Below are positions 53,646-64,000 of a DNA stretch of 64,000 nt, piece by piece. The notes beneath the pieces are model-generated. The model had not been told where the DNA came from. It worked only from the letters and a program-made list of their open reading frames with translations, and did no database searches. Position numbers and translations under genes: made by a program. Source of the stretch: Octopus sinensis (lineage: Eukaryota); the NCBI RefSeq assembly GCF_006345805.1, contig NC_043005.1, positions 64,790,001 to 64,854,000 of the forward strand. Direction: 5' to 3'. Position 1 is the stretch's first letter. Each line of letters starts with the position of its first letter.

Positions 53646-53903
53646 GTACATATTTCTATGTACTCAATTCACTCACAAGGCTTAGGGTTGAATGTGAAAC
53701 TATGGAGTTGGGAAGTTAACTTCTTAACCACACAGACACACCTACCCCTACTAAAAGTACTAGGAATCAAATCCAAGGTGTGTGGGTGAAAGCCAGTAAT
53801 CTTAACCAACAAGACCAAACTGAAGATGGAAAAAAATAAACCAAAAGAATTTGGTTAGAGATGGCAGAAAATAGTGTACATGTTTTCTGAGCACACCAGA
53901 GGG

Positions 53904-53964
<61 letters not shown>

Positions 53965-53970
53965 GTGTGT

Positions 53971-54014
<44 letters not shown>

Positions 54015-54367
54015 GTATATATATGATTGAAAAATAGGTTAAATCTTTATAAGAATTTATCAAGTAGTTAGCATGAAAAACCTCATAAGAGAAAAATCCA
54101 TCAATTATTCCACTTAAATATATTTACTTATATTAAGGGCATTACTATACATAAATGCCCATGCTAGGAGGGACTCTTAAAGTCAAAACTACCATAATAA
54201 ATAAACATATGTGTATATATATGTGTAGTTTTCAATTTTACCGTTTTTGAAATCAGTGTATGAGTGCAACAGATTTCTTATAGGCCGACAATTGAATCGA
54301 GTTTAACCCTAGGCACAGTGAGAGCCACTGGTGAGATTTAATGCACAACATTAGTATATCCATTACA

Positions 54368-54457
54368 ACCAACCTTACCAATCGGTTTCACATCAAGGGT
54401 TCAATGGGATGTTAGATAACAGCCTGATTATATAACCCTGCTCTCTTCAGAGTTGGC
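54368..54457 (-). ncRNA. Type I hammerhead ribozyme, core intact, stem II weakened
   Basis: GCCAACU-CUGAAGA-GAGCAGGGUU...AACCCUUGAUGU-GAAA-CCGAUUGG-UA-AGGUUGGU; stem I pairs with one bulge. Confidence 0.7.
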
Positions 54458-54524
54458 AGCTATGGAAGAAAATATGGTGACTGTTCTAATGGATTGTTAA
54501 ACGAAGTATAATATCTTATCTTTT

Positions 54525-54920
54525 GTCTTTTATTCCTTGTTTCAGTCACCAGACTGTGGCCATGCTGGGGCACCACTTCGAAGAATTTTAACTGAATGAA
54601 TCATTAACCCCAGTACTTACATTTTTAAGCCTGGTACTTATTTTATCGGTTCTTTTACTGAACTACTAAGTTACAGGAACATAAACACATCAACACCAGT
54701 CATCAAGTTGTCAAGTAGGGGTGAGAGGTGAACAAACACAGACAAACACACACACATACACATATATATGACGGGCTTCTTTCAGTTTCCACTCACAAGG
54801 CTTTGGTCAACCTGAGGCTATAGTAGAAGACATTTGCCCAAGGTACCATGGCGTAGGATTGAACCTGGATCTATGTGGTTGAGAAGCTAAAGTCTTAACA
54901 CACAGCTACACTTACACCTA
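54525..54920 (-). mobile_element. SINE family A
   Basis: Reverse-complement homolog of 1148-1560. Confidence 0.78.
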
Positions 54921-54948
54921 TATATGTGCATGCGCATGTGTGTGTGTA

Positions 54949-54999
<51 letters not shown>

Positions 55000-55142
55000 G
55001 TGTGTGTGTATATATATATATATAATATATATATATATATAATTCAGGGTGAATACTTGATAATTGTAAGCAACTGTATATATTTGGTGGTGTAGGTGGT
55101 AGAGTATATTAATCAAAATAAAAACATGATGCCAAGGATTCA

Positions 55143-55220
55143 GCGGTACATATGTTTCGGGCTTTTATTAGACGGATTTATAACAATGCATAATGTGTGT
55201 CTATGGCCTTCTTCAGCCAC
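55143..55220 (-). ncRNA. Minimal type I hammerhead ribozyme, near intact
   Basis: GUGG-CUGAAGA-AGGC...GCCC-GAAA-CAUAUG-UA-CCGC: core intact, palindromic stem III ACAUAUGU, 4-bp stem I, extra UAGAC/GUCUA pairing in stem II. Confidence 0.75.
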
Positions 55221-55580
55221 GCACAATTACTACTTCAAGGACATGTATTACATCATAGATTCTACGTTGGGGATGCAAAACCTCACAGTCACGTACGACA
55301 GAGTGGGGCACCAGCACAAAAACGAAGCGTCCATCCCGTCTTTCACTCAATGTAGAATGAGGAAGTTTGGATGTTGAGGTAATATAAATAAATAAATAAT
55401 TAAATACATAAATAAATAAATATATAAGTATATAAATACACACAGACGTGAAAAAACCTGGTAATATAAATAAATAGATATAAAGATAAAGAAATGAGAA
55501 TTAAGGATGAAAGATAAAAAAATATTAAAAAATAAAAAAATAGAAATATAGAAATATAAACACACACACACACAAACACA

Positions 55581-55940
55581 CTCACATGACTGGCCTATGC
55601 ACACTACCTGTCTATCAAATTCCACCAGCACGGAATTGGTCAGCTAAATCTATGATAGAAGATGCTGGTACAGCAAGATCAAACCAGGATGGTAGTGAAG
55701 TAAACTACTTAACTATATAGCTATGCTTCATAGAGAAAGGTATACACTGTACAATATTGCATTTTCTCATTGCCTTTCTCTTTTATTGTGGTTGTTTTAT
55801 TCTACATTTGGAAATCACAGTAACTTCTGAGATGCCAGCAAACATTTCAAGCACACCAATGTAAAAAGATATGCATATACAATATATATATATATATGTA
55901 TATATATGAATACACACACACACATGTATATATGTATATA

Positions 55941-55986
<46 letters not shown>

Positions 55987-56284
55987 GTATGCATATCTTT
56001 GTACATTGGTGTGCTTCAAATGTTTGCTGGCATCTCAGAAGTTACTGTGATTTCCAAATGTAGAATAAAACAACCACAATAAAAGAGAAAGGCAATGAGA
56101 AAATGCAATATTGTACAGTGCATACCTTTCTCTATGAAGCATAGCTATATAGTTAAGTAGTTTACTTCAATACCATCCTGGTTTGATCTTGCTGTACCAG
56201 CATCTTCTATCATAGATTTAGCTGACCAATTCTGTGCTGGTGGAATTTGATAGATAGATAGTGTGCATAGGCCAGTCATGTGAG
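55581..56284. repeat. Long inverted repeat (two ~303-bp arms) around a (TA)/(CA)/(TG) microsatellite
   Basis: 55581-55883 is the reverse complement of 55982-56284, with about 8 mismatches counted by eye. Confidence 0.95.
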
Positions 56285-57154
56285 TGTGTTTCTGTGTGTG
56301 TGTGTGTGTGTATGTGTGTGTGTATAAGAGAGAACGTGCGAGTGAGTAAGTGTGTATGCATGCGTATGTGAGAGTGCCTTAGAGAGAAAGTATATGTGAG
56401 AGTGTGTGTGTGTGAGGGAGAGTGTGTGTGTGTATGAGAGAGAGAGTGTGTATATGTGTATAAGAGAGAAAGTGTGTGTGAGAGTATGTATGGGAGTGTG
56501 TGTGTGGGAGAGAGAGAGGAAGCAAATGTGTGGGCGTGCATGCGTGTGCATGTGTGTGTGTATGTATAAAAAAGAGAGTGTGTGTGTGATAGTGTGTGTG
56601 CATGTGTGCACGAGAATGATGTATATCAACAAGTAAAATAAAATCAACAAAAAACAAAGATAAACAGTTATTACACACTAAGGTACATGAGATATTTCAT
56701 TTGAACTCAAGTTAAATACACATTCCCTTGACTCTCATTCTGTCAACAATGCAATGAACCATCACTTTAGCTGTTAAAAAACAATAACTATTGATGCTAT
56801 GGTTCACCAAATCTAATATAAAATTAAAATAAATAACAATTCAATCAGTTATAATTGTATATCTGTTACATAAATACAATGCTCTCACATAGAATAGATG
56901 CAGCAATGTAAATGAGAAGCTTCCTATAAGACATTTTATAATATTTTTATTTGCAAAAAGTTTACGTGTAGCTATGGATATATAGGTATAGCATTTGCTT
57001 TGCAATTTGTGATGCAGTTCCAGGTTTAGTTCTAATGTGCAGCACCTTGTTGAGTGTTTTCTAACATAGATATGTGTTGACCAACAACATTTAAGAGGAA
57101 TTAGATAGATGGAAACTATATGAAGGCCCATTATATATATATATATATATATAT

Positions 57155-58980
57155 AGGGGTAAAATAAGAAAAATCAACGAAAATGCATATTGTAGATATA
57201 AAAAGGCTATTTATGACAGGTAGTGACAAATATATACATTTAGAGTATTACTAGTCAAAAAGGTCATTATTATTGATGATTATAAGAAGTTAATAATAAT
57301 AATAATAATAATAAGGTAAGCTACTGAAAGGAACCAACTGGTTTTCGCTTTAGCTATTCATCGTTTGAACAACACTGGTTAGTAAACGGTGTCAGGTCTT
57401 ATAGTTCTCGAGAAAAGAGATTATTTGTAAGGGAGATAAGTAGTTCTGGATCATATGTATAAGGGAGGTAAGTAGTTCAGGAATTAGAAATGTGAGTGAT
57501 GTAGAAAGTGTATAGGGTTTAGTGGTTTAAATTAAAGAGTTAGTGGAGTTCTGTATTGAGGTGTGTGTTCACATTTAGTTGGGGGAGAAATTTGTTGATG
57601 AAAAATGACTCTTTATTCAACCTTTGTTGCATTGTGGTATTCTGTGAGCATTGGTAAAAGGGAAATATTTGGAAATTAGGATTAAGATTCCTGGCACATC
57701 TTTCTATGAGTTCACTCACCTTTAACTGTCTATATTGTGGGTGGCGGATTTGCTCTTTGTGAATGGTGATTCTTTGATGGAGCGAGATTCCTGTTTGTCC
57801 AATATAGAGTTTACCGCATCCTATGCATGTCATGACATAGATTACATTTGCCAAGGCGCAGGTGAAATTTGATTTGATCTTAAATATTTCTCCTTGTTTG
57901 AATTGGAATTCTGAACCCTCCAGAAGGTGGGGGCATGCTCCACATTTGGAACGTCCACATTTTGTCACTTTTGGCTCAGTAGTTAGTGGGTAAAGTCTAG
58001 CGCTGGTTAGTATTTTTTTCAGTGACTTCGGTTGCTTTTTGCTTTTTATAATTTTATATGAGCTTAAAATTTCGTTCATTGTTTTGTCTGCTGTGAGGAT
58101 GGGGAGGTTTTGGGGGATGATGTTGAAGGCTTCGTTATTTCTGGGGTTATGTGTGGAGATGTACGGGAGTATTTTTAAGTCTTGTTTAAGTATTACGGCT
58201 AGTTTTCCTTAATTTTTGTATATCTATTCCCTTAGCTCTTTTGATGCCTTCATTTACTTATGAGATTGGGTAGTGTCTTTTAGTTCGTGTAGATCTAATT
58301 TCAAGGAGTCTATGTTCACGAGTGTATGTATCGGAAACTATGGTGCAGATTCTTTTTGCTATGTTAAAGAGTATGTTGATTTTTATGTGTTTGGGGTGGC
58401 AGGAGTTAAATAATAGGTATTGTTTAGAGTTTGTGGGTTTATAAAAGATGTCTGTTTCTATGTGGTTGTTAACTATTCTAATTAAGATGTCTAGAAAAGG
58501 TAGTTGCTTACTGTTGTGTTCCATAGTAAATTGTATATTGCTGTGTATGTTGTTGAGCATTATTTTAAAATCAAGGAGTTGATCCATGCTATCTTGCCAA
58601 AGTATGAAGCAATCATCTAAATAACTCTTCCAGTTTTCCTTTAAGTAGTAATTGAAAGAGGCGCCATATTTTTCTAGTGATGATTGGTATAACTTAAGTT
58701 CGTGGTAACCCATTACGGGGTTTGCAATAACTGGAGCAGCTCTGGTCCCCATTGCAATTCCGCATTTCTATCGATAGTAATTAGTGTCGAACAAGAAATG
58801 TTTGTTCAACAGGACGAATTTCAGTGCTTCAATTATAAAATTGTGGTTAATTCGTCCTGGGATCTCTTCTGGGTGCTTTTCTAGCCAAAATGTGATTGCT
58901 TCTATACCATAGTCGTGTGGGATATTAGTGTGTAGATTCAATACATTGAAACACACCAGTAGAGTTCCGTCTTGGAAATT
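57155..58980 (-). mobile_element. Penelope-like element (RT plus GIY-YIG endonuclease), 5'-truncated and frameshifted
   Basis: RT motifs LHTNIPHD, MGTRAAPVIAN, YLDDCF, LPFLDI, YKPT..KQYL.F.SCHP. Endonuclease NVIYVMTC..CGKLYIGQT. Flanked by (TA)n at both ends. Confidence 0.93.
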
Positions 58981-59019
58981 GTATATATATATATATATAT
59001 ATATAGGAAATTGTAGCTG

Positions 59020-59845
59020 TGATACCAGTGCCGGTGGCACGTAAGAGAACTATTTGAACGTGGCCGTTGCCAGCGCCGCCCCGACTGGCCTCCGTGCCGG
59101 TGGCACGTAAAAAGCACCATCCAATTGTGGCCGTTGCCAGCCTCGTCTGACCCCCATGCCGGTGGCACGTAAAAAGCACCATCCGAACGTGACCGTTTGC
59201 CAGCCTCGTCTGGCACCTGTGCAGGTGGCACGTAAAAAGCACCCACTGCGCTCAGGAGTGGTTGGCATTAGGAAGGGCATCCAGCAGTAGAAACACTGCC
59301 AGATGAGACTGGGCCTGGCGCAGCCTTCTGGCTTCCCAGACCCCAGTTGAACCGTCCAACCCATGCTAGCATAGAAAACGGACGTTAAACGATGATGATG
59401 ATGATGATATATCATCTTCAATGCAAGTGAAATTGAAATCAAAATCAAATTCGATGACTGGCATCCGTATAGTGGAGAACTGAGAGCACCATCCGAGCAC
59501 TGATCGTTGCCAGAGCAGCTAACTGACTTCCATGCCAGTGGCACGTAAAAAGCACCATTCGAGCGTGATTGTTACCAGCGTCACTTTACTGGCATTTGTG
59601 CCAGTGGCATGTGAAAAAACATTCGAGCGACGTTGCTGCCAGTGCCACTGGACTGGCTCCTGTGCAGGTGGCACGTAAAAGCACCCACTACACACTTGGA
59701 GTGGTTGGTGTTAGAAAGGGCATCTAGCTGTAGAAACCCTGCCAGATCAGATTGAAGCCTGGTGCAGCCATCTGGTTCGCCAGTCCTCAGTCAAATCATC
59801 CAACCCATGCTACCATGGAAAGCGGATGTTAAACGATGATTATGA
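59020..59845 (+). mobile_element. Two tandem SINE family B copies at the truncated 5' end of the Penelope element
   Basis: Each ends in catgct..catggaaagcggacgttaaacgatgatg; several ~58-bp internal units containing gtgccggtggcacgtaaaaagcacc. Confidence 0.82.
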
Positions 59846-60476
59846 TATATATATATATATATGTATTATATATATATATATATATATACAAACTTTTTAC
59901 TCTTTCATTTTCTCTCTTTCTCTCTCTTATTCTTTCACCTCCTCTTCTCCCACTATTCTATTCTATTACTCTGTCACTCTCTCTCCCTCACTCCCCCTCC
60001 CTTGCTCACGTGGAGCCCACATGACCATCGGCCACCTTTCTTTCTTCTCCTAACTTGTGTTTCTTTTTCTCTCCATTGTAGCTGGAACAAGGAAGACATG
60101 TTCTTGTCTGTCTCCTGTCCAAGCTTAATTTACACGTTCGCCACCACAACCTCATTTAGGCTTAGCGGCCCTTCCTGTTTGTTTTCACTGTCCTGTTTGT
60201 GTTACCAATTTTGACCCTCCATTTGCTTTGTGGGAGTAACTGTTTTATTGAAAGCATATATTGTTGTTAAATTCTCAAAATACAGGAGTAGAAAAACAGC
60301 CAACAACTGATGAAGGGTCGTTCTTTATGTTGTTTGTTTTGTTTTCCATTTGTGTCTATATTTGTTCGAGAAAATAGTTCATATTCCATGTACTCATACT
60401 CCGTATTTTTTTGTTGTACACGTTTCGTGACGTTCTCTGCCCACATACGCATATATATATACATATATATACATAT

Positions 60477-60531
<55 letters not shown>

Positions 60532-61139
60532 TGTATGTACATATACATATGTATATATGCATATATATATTTATTATTTATATTGTTATATGATTGAACG
60601 CCATGCATACTGTTCCCACTAAGTTTATATATATATACGCACACACACGTGAAGGCATATGGCTTAGTGGTTTGGGTGTGGCAATTATGATTGTGAGATC
60701 GTTGGTTGGATTCTAAGACCAGGCGTTGGGTTGTGTTCTTGAGCAAATTACTTCATTTCACATTGTTCTGCAATCACTTTGACATCTGACATGTGGCACT
60801 CAATGCACCTGTGCAGGTAATGTCGATCTGATGGAGGGAGTGAGCTTATGTCCACGCAAACATTTGATCGTTATAAACAAATCATCTGTGAGTTTGTTTG
60901 GTAAGAAATTGTCGATCCCTCATATGTCATCTAACAACAGGAGAGTTCATTGTTATTATATATATGTACATCAAACGACACACCAATGATCAGGTGCTGA
61001 GGTTTCGAGTTATCTTGACTGATTTCAGCTTTCTCAAAAAACTCTAGTGATCCGAAGCCATATGGATGGACAGATTTCGAAACCTTCTCAGCCTGAGCTA
61101 CTTTGGTAGCTAACAACATCTTCAGCCATCATGGAGTAC

Positions 61140-61480
61140 CACCTTGAAGGGATGGAGTTGAATAAATCGACCCCACGACTTATAGTTTAAAGCCTAGTAC
61201 CGAGTCTATTAGTCTCTTTTGCTGAACTGCTAAGTTATGGGGATGAAACACACCAACAACAATTGTCAAGCAGTAGGAGGGGACAAACACAGACCCCTCC
61301 ACACACACATACAATATATACGACAGGCTTCTTTCAGTTTCCATCTCCCTGATCCACTCACAAGGCTTTGGCCAGCCTGAGGCTATAGTAGAAGACACTT
61401 GCCCTTGGTGACACACACTAGGACTGAACCCAGAACCATGTGCTTGGGAAGCAAGCTTCTTACCATACAACTACACCTAT
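61140..61480 (-). mobile_element. SINE family A
   Basis: Reverse-complement homolog of 1148-1560. Confidence 0.78.
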
Positions 61481-62463
61481 ATGTGTGCGCGCGTGTGTGT
61501 GTGTGTGTGTGTGACTTTTAAGTTATCACTACAGAGCATGGTCGTAATTTATAGTGTTGGCTCTAAATTCTATAGAATATGTGTTGAGATAACTTAAAAG
61601 TGATTAAATCGCTCTGTTAACACAAAGAGATAGGACACAGCATTGATTTATAAACTATTAATACACCTAGTTGTATTACATGGTTGTAAAATGAAATATG
61701 GCATCACTACACTACCAGGAATAAATAATATATACGTATGTATATAAATATGTGTATATGTGTATGTGTGTGTGTACGTATGTGTGTATGTATGTATGTG
61801 TGTTTGTATGTATGTATGCATGTATGTGTGCGCATATGTATGTATGTGTGTGTGTATGTATGTACGTATGTATCTATGAATGAGTGAATGAATGAGAATA
61901 AGGAAAATGAAAGTGAAAATAAATCAAAATTTTGCTAAGTTTTAATTTGCAGAATATTGTCCTCTCTGATTCTTAACACCTAGAAATTCCAAGAAATTTT
62001 CACCACTTCAATATGGCTGTTCCATAGGAACTGATGATACTACTGCTTTTAATCCCCTGGGGGCGCCTCCTCTAGCTCATTGTCGATACAATCTGCACCC
62101 AATATATATTGTAAGCAGAGGAGTGAACCCCTACCATTTTCCAGCAGACAACGGGATCCCCAGACCGGCCAGTTTTGAAATATTTCAGCGAAGGACACCT
62201 GTCCACCAGAGATAGCAGTAATCCACTACAACTTGCAATCATCATCGTTATTTGGCAGCCACTATCAATGCTGGCATGGGTTGGACGGTTTGATCAGGGC
62301 TGGTAAGCTGAGGGGCTATGCCAGATTCCTGTCTGATTTGGCATGGTTTTTATGGCTGGATGCCCTTCCTAACGTCAACCACTACAAGAGTGTAGTGGGT
62401 GCTTTTATGTACCACTGGCAAGGATACCAGCTGCATGACACCAATATCTGCCACACCTCACCT

Positions 62464-62547
62464 ATGATTTTAGTGGCAAACAGTCACACACACACACTAT
62501 TCTTTTACATACATACGTATGTACATATGTACATACGTATGTAAAAG

Positions 62548-62583
<36 letters not shown>

Positions 62584-62603
62584 CTGTTTGCCACTGAAAT
62601 CAT
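62464..62603. repeat. Palindrome with a zero-spacer centre at 62526/62527
   Basis: atgattttagtggcaaacagtc(ac)n tattcttttacatac...gtacat|atgtac...gtatgtaaaagaata (tg)n gactgtttgccactgaaatcat. Confidence 0.9.
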
Positions 62604-62605
62604 TC

Positions 62606-62681
62606 ATGTGGCATATATAATGTCCTTATGAAAGATAAAAAACATGCTAAGATAGTGTTGTTGAGTCTAGCTGTGTGTGTG

Positions 62682-62759
<78 letters not shown>

Positions 62760-62774
62760 CATACATACATACAA

Positions 62775-62810
<36 letters not shown>

Positions 62811-62898
62811 TATATATACACACACACAGCTAGATTCAACAACACTATCTTGGCATGTCTTTTATCTTTCATAAGGATATTACATATATCCAAATATG
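62606..62898. repeat. Inverted repeat (~70-80 bp arms) around a (TA)n/(CATA)n microsatellite
   Basis: aatgtccttatgaaagataaaaaacatgctaagatagtgttgttgagtctagctgtgtg vs cacacagctagattcaacaacactatcttggcatgtcttttatctttcataaggatatt, about 4 mismatches. Confidence 0.92.
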
Positions 62899-63197
62899 TT
62901 ATGTGACATTCACTCCATCTAGTCTTCTGTAACAATAAATATTTTTTTGATGTATTTTTTTAATGTATTCATTTTTCGTACCAAGAACAGTAATATGCAA
63001 TTGAGTGAATAATAATTGAATTAATTTCTCATTTTCCTACTATGTTATTTACATGTTAATATTACTGTTCGAAACAATTGTATGCATGGATTAAATTCTT
63101 TCTAAACTTTTAACATCTTTTCTTCTCCATCTTTGATTGTTTGTTGAACTTCTAAAGGATTTGTGGTCTATAAAAGCTCATAACACACCTTCTATCC

Positions 63198-63334
<137 letters not shown>

Positions 63335-63337
<3 letters not shown>

Positions 63338-64000
63338 ATTAATCAATATAGAGTGGCAAAAAATTTTGTAGAATTTTTTTGCCACCAGCGGCCTAGTGGG
63401 AAAAAAATTAATTAGTCATAGACCATTTATAAGTTCAACATCACAATCAAGGAACGGCCATAATAGGCCATTCACCCACTAGAAATAACAGCCAAAGCTT
63501 CAACCGCAAAATAACATCAATTCCGCAAACCAGGAGAAAATTAAAAAAACATTTACCCTGTAATTTCTTATACGATGCACCGTTTCATCTATTGTTTAAT
63601 GGTAAACTAACCTGATTAAATTAAATCAAGCCAATCTTCCATAGGCCCTTAGATTCGTCAGTAAGAAATAGCCAGATCGGAACAGATATTTTCACGAGGC
63701 ACTTCTGTCCCTGCCTCGGCAATATCTGACCTAAAATTTTCAAATCATCGCACTCACGCCAAATTTATCGGCAGCAAATAAATATAAGCCGCCGATTCCA
63801 TTACGGAATTAACCAGAAAATTCATAATTAATCAATATAGAGTGGCAAAAAATTTTGTAGAATTTTTTTTTTTTTTTTGCCACCAGCGGCCTAGTGGGAA
63901 AAAAATTAAATAGTCATAGACCATTTATAAGTTCAACATCACAATCAAGGAACGGCCATAATAGGCCATTCACCCACTAGAAATAACAGCCAAAGCTTCA
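63335..64000 (-). mobile_element. Tandem-repeat retrozyme-like element (unit ~489-498 bp) running off the window end
   Basis: 63335-63823 is repeated from 63824 with only a poly-T length change (T7 vs T16) and about one substitution. The unit contains an intact hammerhead ribozyme and multiple hairpins, and begins at a (TA)n tract. Confidence 0.8.
63563..63669 (-). ncRNA. Type I hammerhead ribozyme, fully intact
   Basis: Minus strand: AUUUCUUA-CUGACGA-AUCUA-[insert]-UAGAU-GAAA-CGGUGCAUCG-UA-UAAGAAAU. Perfect 8-bp stem I, 5-bp stem II, stem III with UGCA loop, canonical core, GUA cleavage triplet (cut between 63571 and 63570). Confidence 0.92.

Noticed and set aside
60300-60440. CTGATGAAGGG on the plus strand and GAAACGTGTA on the minus strand as a hammerhead
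   Set aside because: The two halves are on opposite strands and cannot be assembled into one fold.

Overview
AT-rich, microsatellite-dense animal genomic DNA. The SINE families and repeat landscape look like an octopus/coleoid cephalopod (inference). One host gene is present: seven in-phase, stop-free exons on the minus strand (32107 down to 4224) encoding the N-terminal tail (DHC_N1 region) of a DNAH5/DNAH8-like axonemal outer-arm dynein heavy chain. The gene continues beyond the left edge and its 5' exons were not confidently located. The rest is mostly mobile DNA: a hAT/Buster fossil with TIRs and TSD, a Tc1 with perfect TIRs, a mariner relic, a non-autonomous Helitron, piggyBac-like MITEs, CR1, L1/Tx1, RTE, Gypsy and Penelope relics, many tRNA-derived SINEs and a 23-bp minisatellite. 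Main discovery: the right end (63335-64000) is a near-identical ~489-498 bp tandem repeat whose unit carries a fully intact type I hammerhead ribozyme on the minus strand and folds into many hairpins. This is the architecture of a retrozyme (circRNA-producing non-autonomous retroelement). Many other hammerhead motifs, from near-intact to decayed, are scattered through the window, usually with their 3' flank ending at a (TA)n tract. There are also three long fold-back palindromes centred on microsatellites. All alignments were done by eye; repeat boundaries are approximate unless TSD/TIR coordinates are given.
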